Positions 49,401-58,684 of a stretch of DNA of 64,000 nucleotides are shown piece after piece. The position numbers and the translations under genes are program-made. Position 1 is the stretch's first letter; every line of letters starts with the position of its first letter. The stretch comes from Bacteroidaceae bacterium (GTDB lineage Bacteria; Bacteroidota; Bacteroidia; Bacteroidales; Bacteroidaceae), in assembly GCA_045647745.1 (NCBI GenBank), contig JAZRMQ010000047.1, positions 11,766 through 75,765 on the forward strand, given 5' to 3'. Under the pieces are notes generated by a model that was not told where the DNA came from, made no database searches, and saw only the letters and a program-made list of their open reading frames with translations.

Positions 49401-49509
49401 CGGGCAGGATAGAGTGAGTGTGAATTTAGATGGCTTGGCTCCCGGTGTGTATATATACTCAATAAGGAGTGCCACACAGAAATTCTTTGGACAATTCATT
49501 GTGAAGTAA
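46468..49509 (+). CDS. BNR/Asp-box (sortilin-VPS10-like) beta-propeller protein with a PKD-like domain and a T9SS C-terminal sorting domain
   Basis: 1013 aa. Signal peptide. 8 S-x-D-x-G-x-[ST]-[WF]-type motifs. PKD-like NPVVVFGNPGNYDVTLTVTTSAG. CTD ...LAPGVYIYSIRSATQKFFGQFIVK. Confidence 0.75.
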   Translation: MKKQLRTLLPVMFFAGALPGYTFAANQNIADTAVVEQLQYDPYFVEQLPLNAPDWMQRIAANPSGVNFKEMQRLYNEWRATDDNVRVRTVDNKQVVNYYRRWMAAYRDYVAPNGSIELPTMEQYAARVDSMNRRVAATENAAQPIWRNIGPNRTYSNENGELKRKDSQVCVFRIAVALSDSATLYCGTESGVVFKTTNHGQSWQPCAPQHNFGGSIFSIAVHPTDKNIVYVGGGPWLWKSIDGGESWSRCGGIDNRVNSIKINPENTDYITASVGSKQEGYSGSGFFISSDGGANFSCTLRGICFDHELQPGNPDRIYLVRRESAGPWAGIYLSENGGVSWQELTLPVESVICGRLAVSEAPGGENYVYALVTSDSWGYDAGPQGGKGTPYILMSKDAGTSWENQTDKGGKFYDITFSPIMDETGGQGFFDMMIGASAKNPAYVLFGLTSLYRSTKEGVCNYRDNAIGGYQRSDWMHCDIQDIAIHPCGDTWICNDGGIKYSRDFFETKGEDRYDGIYASDYQGLGVGWNEDVMAAGRWHNGDVVHAATYGEGNSVHVGGVEIATGYVMKSNPWKVYFTDASTRIMPREMDGEIGEDFRTWFNDKKPYEALRINGEIATDPRYALKVFLQDMTDTWGGYLSYDEGASFQKVFDSEGEDFYSYEFARSNPDRVYIAGCWNLWRSDDGGLSFTLCTQPFPIVDDYVHYTKVVVDPNDENHLLVICNDRSGAVSESFDGGDSWSAFDLANISDKRVHQIILVGDEYNSCYVTSYDGASVYFRDNTMSEFIDYSSGLNPGARISKVVPFYKNGVLRMATDQGLWEAPLYHRDFIPVAQPMALNLGSGNLTANPQKSVQFDSYSIVRQDENTRWQWSFTPQPQYVSDATARNPVVVFGNPGNYDVTLTVTTSAGTASRTIKNMITIEGATAVDEAKVGEVGIERTLLAIGEPLVAIVTGLASDARITVHSLKGELLRSEEILPGQDRVSVNLDGLAPGVYIYSIRSATQKFFGQFIVK

Positions 49510-49527
49510 AACTAAAAAAGAAATTGT

Positions 49528-52500
49528 ATGAGATTTTATAAAAAAGTATTTTCGATATTGTGCGTGCTTTTAGCCTCTGCAGTTAGTGCTGGTGAACGCA
49601 CCGATACTCTCTTTACTCCCTATAAATTAAACTATCTGCCGGCCGGTTCGCCACTGTGGATGGCCGAGCTTGTTAATCCACAAGGTCTCGACTACAACGC
49701 TATGGTGGATAGTTTTGAGGTCTATCTGAAAAACACTCCGGGAGCGCGTTATAAGTCACGTGACACCAAACAGGTAGTTAATCATTTTCGTCGTTTCCAA
49801 AAGGCTTATCTTCCTTTCGTTCAGCCCGATGGTATTATTCGTCTGCCCTCGGCTGTCGATTATCACAAGGATATGAAACGTGTTGATGAGGAGGTGAAAC
49901 ACGCCCGTGCAATGCGCCGTAGTTCGGCTAGTCGCAATGCCGATGCTGCGGTTGAGTGGAGAGTTATATCTCCCATTGTTACATACGATTATATTCATAA
50001 GGCTGTCTCTCCGGCGCAGGCCAATATTCAGCGTCTGAGGGCTTCGCGTTCTCATCCCAATGTGCTTTATTGCGGCTCAGAGACAGGGCTTGTGTTTCGT
50101 TCAGATGATAAGGGCGCATCTTGGCGACCTTGCAATGGCGGCGAGTGGATGGCCGGCGAGATAACAAGCATTGATGTCAGTGCCACCAATCCTAATCGTG
50201 TGCTTGTGGGTGCCGGGGGAGTTTTTTGGATAAGTGATGATGGCGGTGAGAATTGGGAGAATATCACTCCCGAGAAGAGCACCTACGCTCGCACAAGCGT
50301 AGCGCTTTTTCACCCTTCGGACGACAATATAATTCTTGCCGGTGACCGTGCGCAGTTGTGGCGTTCTACCGATGGTGGCGAGTCGTGGCAGTGGATGCTT
50401 GGCGGTATGGTCTTTGATATAAAAATATCGGTGCAAGCCCCCAATGTGTGCTATGTGGCTATTGAACAGGAGAATACCATTAAAATGTATAAAAGTGTCG
50501 ATGGCGGTATCTCGTGGAATATGCTTGCTCTCGATGGACAGCCGCTTATCAGTGCCCGCATCGGGTTGAGCGAGGCACCAACGGGGGCCGATTATGTCTA
50601 TCTGTGGGCTTGTCGCAGAAATAATCTCTCGCAACCCGGCCCTCTCTATTTTAGTGGTCCGGCATTGCTGTATAAAAGTACCGACGGAGGCGCATCGTTT
50701 ACAGTTACCGACCCGGTAGAGCAGATGGAAGCTGTTGATAAAAATGGCGGTCAGGGATATTACGACCTTGTATGCACTGCATCGGCGACAGACCCGGAAC
50801 TTCTGCTTGTGGGCATAATACAACTTTATCGTTCTACCGATGGAGGAAAAACACTTGAAAATATAGGTGGTTACTACGGAAAATTCGACCTTCACTGCGA
50901 TATGCAGTCTATTCAGACAAATGGTGAGGGTGATACGTGGCTCTCTACCGATGGTGGAGTGATATATAGCAACGACTTCTTTGCTACTGATGCGCAACCT
51001 AAGCTCAATGGCCTTTATGCATCGGAGATGTGGGGCTTTGACCAAGGCTGGAACGAGGATGTGATGGTGGGTGGCCGCAACCACAATGGTAATATGTCGC
51101 AGATTGACCGCTATAATGGAGTGACTTTGTCGATGCGAGGCTCGGAGCGTCCAACAGGTTATGTTTTTCTCTCTAATCCACGCAAGATAGCTTTTAGCGA
51201 CTCCGAAAATGTGATAATGCCCGATGATTGGCGAGATGAATTTGTGCCTTTCCTCGATTATTGGACCTACCCCAAAGAGTCGTCGCAGCACGGTTTTTAT
51301 TTTGAGTTCGACCCACGTTATGCTCAATGCTTCTACATTGTGCAGGAAAGTGACCGCGTGGATGCCAATACCCTTTGGCGCACACGCGATGATGGCGCTT
51401 CGTTTTCATCGGTATACACATTTGACGACCCTGTAAATGCAATAGCCGTGTCGCGTTCTAACCCCGATAAAATTGTGGCCTCTACTTGGGGGCGCATATA
51501 TTGGTCGCTCGATGCCGGCGCAACATTCACAGAGTACAATATCCCCGATGAGATGACTTATAGTATCAACTATAAGATTGCTATCCATCCGACAAATGAG
51601 GATGAAATTTGGGTGAGTGATGGCAATGCCGGTGGCTTTTGGCGCACAACGAACAATGGCGAGACGTGGGAGAAATTAGATGATGGCCTCACAATCTTGA
51701 ATTGGGAGGGTAAAATGGAGGCACATAGTGTCGGACGCTTTTTCCTAACTGGTAACGGGAAGAATGCAGCCTATGCAATTGCATCAACAAAGGGCTATTT
51801 GAATGAGAGTTATTCTACTACGCGTGGACGTGTTCTCTATCGTGATGATACAACCGATGGCTGGGTAAATATAAGCAGGGGGCTGCCAAATGTGGTGAAC
51901 CTCAATCGTATGTTGCCGTTCTACAAAGAGGGGGTTATACGTCTTGCCACAAACAATGGTGTGTGGGAGCGTGAACTTGTTGATTCACAGTTTAAGCCTA
52001 TTGCACAGCCAATGATTCTCAATGTAGGCTCGGGAGACAACACGCAAGGGAACTATCCACGCGAGATACATCTCGACAGTTACAGCATTGTCAATCAAAA
52101 TGGCGCTGAGTGGCATTGGGAGATAACCCCTGCGCCTCTTGCGATGAGTGCCGATAATGTGCGTAATCCTGTGATAACGATAGAGCCCGATCAGACTTAC
52201 AATATATCCCTCACTGTAACAACCCCTGCCGGCAGTGATACAAAATGCATTGAGGCTATGATAAAGGGCAACAAGCCTGTCCCCGATGCTACTGCTGTCG
52301 ATGCAGTGATACAGGGCAAAGAGTTGCTGCTCAGTGGCGGCAATGTTGTGTCTGCCGGCGATAGCTTCTGCTTTGTGCCGTGCGACCTTGATGGCAATGT
52401 GTCGTTAGAGGTTTATGATACCAAGGGCAATGTAGTGCATAGAGCCGTTGCTCAGGGCGAGATTGAGGTGTGCACCGCCGGATATTCTGCCGGAGTCTAT

Positions 52501-52560
52501 TTTTATATGGCAACCGATGCTGCGGGCTTTAAAAAAACGGGTAAATTGCTTGTAAAGTAG
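49528..52560 (+). CDS. Paralogue of the preceding BNR/Asp-box propeller T9SS protein
   Basis: 1010 aa. 9 Asp-box-like motifs and the shared HCD[IM]Q...GWNEDVM core. PKD-like NPVITIEPDQTYNISLTVTTPAG. CTD ...AGVYFYMATDAAGFKKTGKLLVK. Confidence 0.75.
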   Translation: MRFYKKVFSILCVLLASAVSAGERTDTLFTPYKLNYLPAGSPLWMAELVNPQGLDYNAMVDSFEVYLKNTPGARYKSRDTKQVVNHFRRFQKAYLPFVQPDGIIRLPSAVDYHKDMKRVDEEVKHARAMRRSSASRNADAAVEWRVISPIVTYDYIHKAVSPAQANIQRLRASRSHPNVLYCGSETGLVFRSDDKGASWRPCNGGEWMAGEITSIDVSATNPNRVLVGAGGVFWISDDGGENWENITPEKSTYARTSVALFHPSDDNIILAGDRAQLWRSTDGGESWQWMLGGMVFDIKISVQAPNVCYVAIEQENTIKMYKSVDGGISWNMLALDGQPLISARIGLSEAPTGADYVYLWACRRNNLSQPGPLYFSGPALLYKSTDGGASFTVTDPVEQMEAVDKNGGQGYYDLVCTASATDPELLLVGIIQLYRSTDGGKTLENIGGYYGKFDLHCDMQSIQTNGEGDTWLSTDGGVIYSNDFFATDAQPKLNGLYASEMWGFDQGWNEDVMVGGRNHNGNMSQIDRYNGVTLSMRGSERPTGYVFLSNPRKIAFSDSENVIMPDDWRDEFVPFLDYWTYPKESSQHGFYFEFDPRYAQCFYIVQESDRVDANTLWRTRDDGASFSSVYTFDDPVNAIAVSRSNPDKIVASTWGRIYWSLDAGATFTEYNIPDEMTYSINYKIAIHPTNEDEIWVSDGNAGGFWRTTNNGETWEKLDDGLTILNWEGKMEAHSVGRFFLTGNGKNAAYAIASTKGYLNESYSTTRGRVLYRDDTTDGWVNISRGLPNVVNLNRMLPFYKEGVIRLATNNGVWERELVDSQFKPIAQPMILNVGSGDNTQGNYPREIHLDSYSIVNQNGAEWHWEITPAPLAMSADNVRNPVITIEPDQTYNISLTVTTPAGSDTKCIEAMIKGNKPVPDATAVDAVIQGKELLLSGGNVVSAGDSFCFVPCDLDGNVSLEVYDTKGNVVHRAVAQGEIEVCTAGYSAGVYFYMATDAAGFKKTGKLLVK

Positions 52561-52570
52561 TGAGTGGCTT

Positions 52571-54772
52571 ATGAAAAGGTTGTTGCTGTTGTTCCTGTTT
52601 GTGCCTTTTGGCTCTTTGGCACAGGATACTCTTGCCTATAAGCTCGATGAGATTATTGTGTCGGCGAGCCGTTGGTGTCAAGATAGTCAGTCTCAGCCGG
52701 TAAAGGTCGCACGTCTCTCTTTTGAAGAGGCTAATGCTTTTAATCCACAGACAGCAGCCGATCTTTTAGGGCTTACCGGCGAGGTTTTTATACAAAAAAG
52801 CCAATATGGTGGCGGCAGCCCAATGATACGTGGCTTTGCCACCAATAGACTGCTTTACAGCATTGACGGCGTGCGTATGAACACCGCAATATTCCGTTCA
52901 GGAAATATACAGAATGTAATATCGCTCGACCCCTTTGCTATTGCCGGGACCGAGGTGCTTTTTGGCCCCGGAGCAGTGGGCTATGGCAGTGATGCCATTG
53001 GTGGTGTAATGCTCTTTTCAACCATTAAACCGCGTCTTGCTGTGGGTGAGGCGCTTGCTCTCAATGGCTCGGCAACGGTGCGCACAGCAACAGCGTCGAA
53101 TGAACTTACTGCACACATAAATGCAGGAGTGGGGTGGCGGCGATGGGCATTGCTCACAAGCTTCACCTACTCGTCGTTCGGTGACCTGAAGCAAGGAACT
53201 TGTGGCCCCGATGATTATATAATGCCTTATATTGTTCTGCCGGGGATTGCGGCCGATGGGGCTTTACACGACCGCATTGTCGCCAATGTCGATAAACGCA
53301 GGCAAGCACCGAGCGGGTACTCGCAGTATAATTTTATGCAAAAGGTGCGCTATGCTCCCGGTGGCGGTTGGAATTTTGAATATGCTTTTCATTTGAGCGA
53401 GACCTCGGAGTATGCGCGTTACGACCGTCATCAGCGTGTACGCAATGGCTTGCCGCGTTACGCCGAGTGGAACTATGGTCCGCAATTCTGGACGATGAAC
53501 CATCTGCGCGCCGAGCACGCCAATGGCGGCGCTGTGTACGATTCAATGAGGGTGAACCTAGCCCTGCAACGCTTTGAAGAGAGCCGCATAAGCCGCGACC
53601 TTAACAAGCCACGGCGCGAAACACAAAGTGAAGCTGTTGATGCTTGGAGTGCAAACGTTGATTTTATAAAATCTGTTACCGATGGACTGTCCCTTACTTA
53701 TGGTGCAGAGTATGTACAGAATAATGTGCGCTCAAAAGGAGTGGCAACTGATATTCTTACAAATAAAAGTGAAACAATGGCAGCGCGTTACCCCAACGCC
53801 CGATGGTATAGTGTTGGTCTTTTTGCACAAGCCGAGTGGCACGTGACTAGGCGTCTCAACCTTGCAGCGGGGCTCCGTTACAATCATTATCTCATAGACA
53901 ACGATTTTTCTTCTGTTGGCTATGAAATTCCTTTTGCGTCAAGGCAGAGTTCGTCGGCCGGCAGTGTGAGCGGAAATATGGGGCTTAATTGGCGTCCATC
54001 ATCGGGGTGGCTCTTTCGTCTGAACTATGCGCGTGGCTTCCGCGCTCCAAATGTCGATGATATGGGCAAACTTTTTGACAGTGCAGATGGGTGTGTCACC
54101 GTGCCTAATCCTGCATTAAAACCCGAGTATGCCGATAATATTGAGCTTGGCATTGCAAAGCATCTTGGCTCATTTATGAAATTTGATGTAACAGCCTATT
54201 ATACTCACCTTGACGATGCTATTGTGCGTCGTGATTTTCTCTTCAATGGCAGTTCTACGATGGAGTATCAGGGTGCAGAGTGTCGCGTGCAGGCTCTGCA
54301 GAATGCTGCTGTAGCAAATGTGTGGGGTGTTCAGGCTGCTGTTGATGCTCGCTTTGCAAAGTGGTTCTATGCTAATGCTCGTGTCAGTTGGCAGCGTGGC
54401 TTTGAAGAGACGGACGATGGCAAAGTCTCTTCGTCGCGTCACGCGGCGCCTCTCTTTGGGCGTGTGGCGGTGGGCTTTGAATGTGAACGTGTGATACTTG
54501 AGGCCTTTGCAGCTTTTCAGGCAGAGTGTGCCGCGGCCGATATGCCACTGGAGGAGAGGGATAAAAAAGAGATTTATGCTCTTGATGCCAATGGTAATGC
54601 CTATTCTCCTGCTTGGTTCACGCTTAATCTGCGTGCATCGTTGCAGCTTGCTCGTGGATTCTCGCTCAATGCAACGCTTGAGAATATTGCCGATAGGCGT
54701 TACCGCCCTTATAGCTGTGGAATAAGCGCTCCCGGCAGGAATATTACAATGAGTCTGACGTATAGCTTATAG
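52571..54772 (+). CDS. TonB-dependent receptor (plug plus 22-strand barrel type, non-SusC)
   Basis: 733 aa. Signal peptide, TonB-box-like DEIIVSA, plug GGGSPMIRGF..NRLLYSIDGVRMN, C-terminal ...RNITMSLTYSL. Confidence 0.88.
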   Translation: MKRLLLLFLFVPFGSLAQDTLAYKLDEIIVSASRWCQDSQSQPVKVARLSFEEANAFNPQTAADLLGLTGEVFIQKSQYGGGSPMIRGFATNRLLYSIDGVRMNTAIFRSGNIQNVISLDPFAIAGTEVLFGPGAVGYGSDAIGGVMLFSTIKPRLAVGEALALNGSATVRTATASNELTAHINAGVGWRRWALLTSFTYSSFGDLKQGTCGPDDYIMPYIVLPGIAADGALHDRIVANVDKRRQAPSGYSQYNFMQKVRYAPGGGWNFEYAFHLSETSEYARYDRHQRVRNGLPRYAEWNYGPQFWTMNHLRAEHANGGAVYDSMRVNLALQRFEESRISRDLNKPRRETQSEAVDAWSANVDFIKSVTDGLSLTYGAEYVQNNVRSKGVATDILTNKSETMAARYPNARWYSVGLFAQAEWHVTRRLNLAAGLRYNHYLIDNDFSSVGYEIPFASRQSSSAGSVSGNMGLNWRPSSGWLFRLNYARGFRAPNVDDMGKLFDSADGCVTVPNPALKPEYADNIELGIAKHLGSFMKFDVTAYYTHLDDAIVRRDFLFNGSSTMEYQGAECRVQALQNAAVANVWGVQAAVDARFAKWFYANARVSWQRGFEETDDGKVSSSRHAAPLFGRVAVGFECERVILEAFAAFQAECAAADMPLEERDKKEIYALDANGNAYSPAWFTLNLRASLQLARGFSLNATLENIADRRYRPYSCGISAPGRNITMSLTYSL

Positions 54773-54817
54773 TGTATATCTTGTTGAATTTTAGGAACTT
54801 TTTTATATCTTCGCAGT

Positions 54818-55687
54818 ATGAAAAAGATTTTAGTTACAGGTGCAAGCGGCTTTGTCGGCAGTCGCGTTGTTGCGCGTTGGCGCAATGAGTTTGTAATCCT
54901 TGCTCCGTCGCACTCCGAGCTTGATATTACCGACAGGGAGTCGGTGAACGGTTATTTTATGCTACATAATCCTGATGTAGTGGTGCATCTTGCGGCATTG
55001 TCGAACACCGGTTATTGCGAGCAGAACCCCGATGAAAGTTATAGTGTGAATGTAGAGGGCGCTGCGAATATTGCCCGTGCCTCGGCTCTTTGTGGTGCAA
55101 AGCTGATATTCTTTTCAAGTGACCAAGTTTATAACGGCAATCTCGAGAGTGGCTTGCTTGCCGAGGATGTGACGGTTGCGCCCGAGAATGTTTATGGTCG
55201 TCACAAACTTGAGGCCGAGGAGCGTGTGCTCTATTTTTGTCCCGGCGCAGTTGTGTTGCGTGCAACGTGGATGTATGACAGGGAGCGTGAAGGTATGCCT
55301 TCTCACGCAAATTTTGTGCTGAATATTTTGAATGCAGTAAAGGAACGCAAGCAAATAATCTTCCCAGTGCGCGAATATCGCGGAATAACTTGGGTGCGTG
55401 AGGTGGTTGAGTTTTTGCCGCTGACGTTCAAATTGCCGTCGGGTGTCTATAATTATGGTGCAGAGAATGATACAAATACTTATGAGACGGCTTGCTGTTA
55501 TTGCGAGATGCTTGCCGGGTTGCAGTCGGGTGCGCTGTTGCAGCCCGATTATGACCGCTATGCAGTTCACGAGCGCAATCTGTCAATCTCCACCGATAAG
55601 ATTTTCCGCGCATCAGGTGGCGCAATTTGTTTCAGCAACACAATCTCCGGCTTAAGGTTGTTTGCAGAGATTGGCAATGAGTGTTGA
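54818..55687 (+). CDS. SDR family NAD(P)-dependent oxidoreductase, RmlD (dTDP-4-dehydrorhamnose reductase)-like
   Basis: MKKILVTGASGFVGSRV Rossmann motif, ELDITD, SSDQVYNG...YGRHK (YxxxK). Confidence 0.7.
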   Translation: MKKILVTGASGFVGSRVVARWRNEFVILAPSHSELDITDRESVNGYFMLHNPDVVVHLAALSNTGYCEQNPDESYSVNVEGAANIARASALCGAKLIFFSSDQVYNGNLESGLLAEDVTVAPENVYGRHKLEAEERVLYFCPGAVVLRATWMYDREREGMPSHANFVLNILNAVKERKQIIFPVREYRGITWVREVVEFLPLTFKLPSGVYNYGAENDTNTYETACCYCEMLAGLQSGALLQPDYDRYAVHERNLSISTDKIFRASGGAICFSNTISGLRLFAEIGNEC

Positions 55688-55730
55688 AAGTGAGAGAGTG
55701 TGTTAAATAAGGAGTTTTAATTCTTATATA

Positions 55731-55769
55731 AATCAATTCCGGCTGCCCATCGGGCAGCCGGAATTGATT
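55731..55769. terminator. Bidirectional terminator hairpin (18-bp arms)
   Basis: AATCAATTCCGGCTGCCC-atc-GGGCAGCCGGAATTGATT lies between convergent genes. Confidence 0.75.
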
Positions 55770-55770
55770 A

Positions 55771-55953
55771 TTACCAAAATTTATTATTCTCGGCGCTGTA
55801 TTCAAAGCCGGCGCTTCGCAATTTTTCTTCTAACTCGGCACGGTCAATGTCAAGGTCGGCACAAAGCTCGTCGAGCGAATCGTAACGGTCGCGCAGATAC
55901 ATATTGATTGTGCTGAAAAGCATCATAGGGTCATTGGGCAATTCCATAAGCAA
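55771..55953 (-). CDS. DUF4250 domain-containing protein
   Basis: 60 aa. DPMMLFSTINMYLRDRYDSLDELC is typical of DUF4250. Confidence 0.7.
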   Translation of the reverse strand: MLMELPNDPMMLFSTINMYLRDRYDSLDELCADLDIDRAELEEKLRSAGFEYSAENNKFW

Positions 55954-55958
55954 CGTTT

Positions 55959-56330
55959 TTATTGTTCGTCAATCAATGTTTCGATAGCTTCAAGGAAACC
56001 CTCGATGCCACCGCCTAACTCATTGGCAAAATTTTCAAGTTCTTTGCCCCAATTGTTCAAAGTCTTTTTAGTCATATAGCCTTTGATGCGGCCTTTCTGA
56101 CGACCAAACTCTTTGAGCTCGTCTTTTGTATACTCCTGCTCTTTGAACTCTTTTTCAAGTTTTGCGTATTTTTGGGCTATCTCGGCCCAATCTTCGTCGG
56201 TGTATGACTTGTGATTTTCCTCTACTCTGTCGGCTAATTTTTTTAGGTCCTCAATGGTGTCCTGAGGAGTGTTGCAGGCAAAAAGTGTTGCCGAGGTGAG
56301 GAATGTTATCAAAAAAAGAATCTTCTTCAT
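55959..56330 (-). CDS. Hypothetical lipoprotein (helical, Glu/Lys-rich)
   Basis: Lipobox TLFAC. 123 aa. No domain recognised. Confidence 0.6.
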   Translation of the reverse strand: MKKILFLITFLTSATLFACNTPQDTIEDLKKLADRVEENHKSYTDEDWAEIAQKYAKLEKEFKEQEYTKDELKEFGRQKGRIKGYMTKKTLNNWGKELENFANELGGGIEGFLEAIETLIDEQ

Positions 56331-56426
56331 ATCATCTATTTTGTCTTTGTTCTACAATATATATACGCAAATGTAGTCAAAAGTCGGTTAAAAACAAAAT
56401 ATGGCGAGGAAAAGTGGTTGTATAGT

Positions 56427-56466
56427 AAATCAACAGGCAGCGTCGTGCGACGCTGCCTGTTGATTT
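56427..56466 (-). terminator. Hairpin (19-bp arms) downstream of dnaK
   Basis: AAATCAACAGGCAGCGTCG-tg-CGACGCTGCCTGTTGATTT, 17 nt after the dnaK stop. Confidence 0.65.
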
Positions 56467-56483
56467 TGATAGGTTGATTTTTG

Positions 56484-58385
56484 TTACTTAACCTCCTCGA
56501 ACTCAGCATCCTGAACATCGCTGTTGTCCTGCTGGTTGTTGCTCTGCTGGCCGCCCTGAGCGCCTTGAGCACCCTGTGCGCCACTCTGTGCATACATCTC
56601 GGCACTTGCTGTCTGCCAAGCGTTGTTGAGCTCTGCCATAGCTGCATCAATGCCTGCGAGGTCCTGTGCTTTGTGAGCCTCCTCGAGTTTCTGCACAGCA
56701 GCCTCTATTGGAGCCTTCTTGTCGGCAGGAATCTTGTCGCCAAGCTCGTTTAACTGGTTCTTTGTCTGGAATACCATAGAGTCGGCTTGATTGAGCTTGT
56801 CAATCTTCTCGCGCTCCTTCTTGTCTGCATCAGCATTAGCCTCAGCCTCCTGTTTCATACGCTCAATCTCCTCCTTGCTCAAGCCCGATGAAGCCTCAAT
56901 GCGGATAGCCTGCTCCTTGCCTGTTGCCTTGTCTTTTGCCGATACTTTAAGGATACCGTTTGCGTCAATGTCGAATGTTACCTCAATCTGTGGTACACCA
57001 CGACGCGCGGGCGCAATGCCTGTGAGGTTGAACTGGCCGATAGACTTATTTTGGTTTGCCATTGGGCGCTCGCCTTGGAGAACGTGGATGGTAACCTCTG
57101 TCTGGTTGTCGGCTGCTGTTGAGAATGTCTCACTCTTCTTGCAAGGGATTGTTGTGTTGGCATCGATGAGCTTTGTCATAACACCGCCAAGAGTCTCAAT
57201 ACCCATTGAAAGTGGAGTCACGTCGAGCAATACAATGTCGCCTACACCGCCCTCATTGTTGAGGATTGCACCCTGAATAGCTGCGCCAACGGCAACAACC
57301 TCGTCGGGGTTTACGCCCTTTGAAGGAGCTTTGCCAAAGAAATCCTCTACCACCTTCTGAACGGCAGGGATACGTGTTGAACCACCTACAAGAATAACCT
57401 CGTCAATGTCGGCGTTGTTTAAGCCTGCGTCGCTCATTGCCTTTTTGCAGGGCTCAAGGCAAGCCTGAATAAGGTTGTGTGCCAAAGACTCGAATTTTGC
57501 ACGTGTCAAGGTCTTAACCAAGTGCTTTGGCATACCATTAACAGCGGTGATATAAGGTAGGTTAATCTCGGTTGATGTTGTTGATGACAACTCAATCTTT
57601 GCCTTCTCGGCAGCCTCCTTCAAGCGCTGAAGAGCCATTGGGTCGGCTTTAAGGTCGGCACCCTCCTCGGCCTTGAACTCGTTTGCGAGCCAGTCGATGA
57701 TAACTTGGTCAAAGTCGTCACCACCAAGGTGTGTGTCACCGTTTGTTGAAAGAACCTCGAATACTCCGCCGCCGAACTCAAGGATTGAGATATCGAATGT
57801 ACCACCACCAAGGTCGAACACTGCAATTTTCATATCTTTGTTCGATTTGTCAACGCCGTAGGCAAGAGCCGCAGCTGTTGGCTCGTTCACGATACGCTTA
57901 ACCTCAAGGCCTGCAATCTGTCCGGCCTCTTTTGTTGCCTGACGCTGTGAGTCGCTAAAGTAAGCAGGAACTGTGATGACAGCCTCTGTTACCTCTTGTC
58001 CAAGATACTCCTCGGCTGTTTTCTTCATCTTCTGAAGAATCATTGCCGAAATCTCCTGTGGAGTGTAAAGACGGCCGTCGATGTCAACGCGTGGCATATT
58101 GTTCTCCTCAACTACTTTATAAGGAACGCGTGAGATTTCTTTGCTCACCTGCGCCCAATTCTCACCCATAAAGCGCTTGATAGAGAAGATTGTGCGCTGT
58201 GGGTTGGTGACAGCCTGACGCTTTGCGGGGTCGCCAATCTTGCGCTCGCCGTTGTTGTCGAATGCAACAATAGATGGAGTGGTGCGTTTGCCCTCGCTGT
58301 TTGTTATAACTACGGGCTCGTTGCCCTCAAAAACCGATACACAAGAGTTTGTTGTACCCAAGTCAATACCAATAATTTTTCCCAT
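56484..58385 (-). CDS. dnaK: Molecular chaperone DnaK (Hsp70)
   Basis: [29 protein letters not shown] signatures. 633 aa. Confidence 0.98.
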   Translation of the reverse strand: MGKIIGIDLGTTNSCVSVFEGNEPVVITNSEGKRTTPSIVAFDNNGERKIGDPAKRQAVTNPQRTIFSIKRFMGENWAQVSKEISRVPYKVVEENNMPRVDIDGRLYTPQEISAMILQKMKKTAEEYLGQEVTEAVITVPAYFSDSQRQATKEAGQIAGLEVKRIVNEPTAAALAYGVDKSNKDMKIAVFDLGGGTFDISILEFGGGVFEVLSTNGDTHLGGDDFDQVIIDWLANEFKAEEGADLKADPMALQRLKEAAEKAKIELSSTTSTEINLPYITAVNGMPKHLVKTLTRAKFESLAHNLIQACLEPCKKAMSDAGLNNADIDEVILVGGSTRIPAVQKVVEDFFGKAPSKGVNPDEVVAVGAAIQGAILNNEGGVGDIVLLDVTPLSMGIETLGGVMTKLIDANTTIPCKKSETFSTAADNQTEVTIHVLQGERPMANQNKSIGQFNLTGIAPARRGVPQIEVTFDIDANGILKVSAKDKATGKEQAIRIEASSGLSKEEIERMKQEAEANADADKKEREKIDKLNQADSMVFQTKNQLNELGDKIPADKKAPIEAAVQKLEEAHKAQDLAGIDAAMAELNNAWQTASAEMYAQSGAQGAQGAQGGQQSNNQQDNSDVQDAEFEEVK

Positions 58386-58550
58386 AATCTTATTTTTTTA
58401 TTTATTGTTTAATCCTATTTTTTGTGTAGCCCGTCTCTCGGTCGCCTACGATAATTATAAAACAAAGTGTGTGCCAAAGGGTTTTTGCAGTGCGTTACTT
58501 TGTCACACTCTGCTTTTGTGGCACTTTTCTGTGTCAATGCTTGTTGAATG

Positions 58551-58567
58551 TGTGACATTGTGTCACA
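58551..58567. promoter_or_regulatory. Palindrome TGTGACA-ttg-TGTCACA upstream of dnaK (candidate operator)
   Basis: Perfect 7-bp arms. Additional TGTCACA at 58501-58507 and related TGTCAT/TGTCAA words nearby. 166-182 bp upstream of the dnaK ATG. Confidence 0.35.
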
Positions 58568-58676
58568 TTTGTCATATTTTGTATAGTGGCAGATTGCGTT
58601 TTTTCTTACTGTGTGAAAATTTTTATAATTTCTTTAAAAAATGAAAACTTTTGTGTTGATTTGTTAAAAAATATAA

Positions 58677-58684
58677 TATATTTG
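58677..58684 (+). promoter_or_regulatory. Candidate -7 box TATATTTG
   Basis: Exact TAnnTTTG match 155 bp upstream of the ATG at 58839. The distance is long, so support is weaker. Confidence 0.3.

Noticed and set aside
49755-49764. The GTCACGTGAC palindrome, considered as a parS-like site given parAB in the window.
   Set aside because: Only the 10-bp core resembles TGTTTCACGTGAAACA. It lies inside a CDS 28 kb from parAB. I found no canonical parS by eye anywhere in the window, though a scan by eye can miss a match, so absence is not proven.
50101-51327. A 408-aa ORF on the - strand, fully inside the second propeller gene.
   Set aside because: It lies in the codon-aligned antisense frame of a well-supported + strand CDS. 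In that frame stops arise only from sense TTA/CTA/TCA codons, so long open stretches are expected. The sequence is low-complexity and Arg/Ile/His-rich with no motif, and there is no promoter box.
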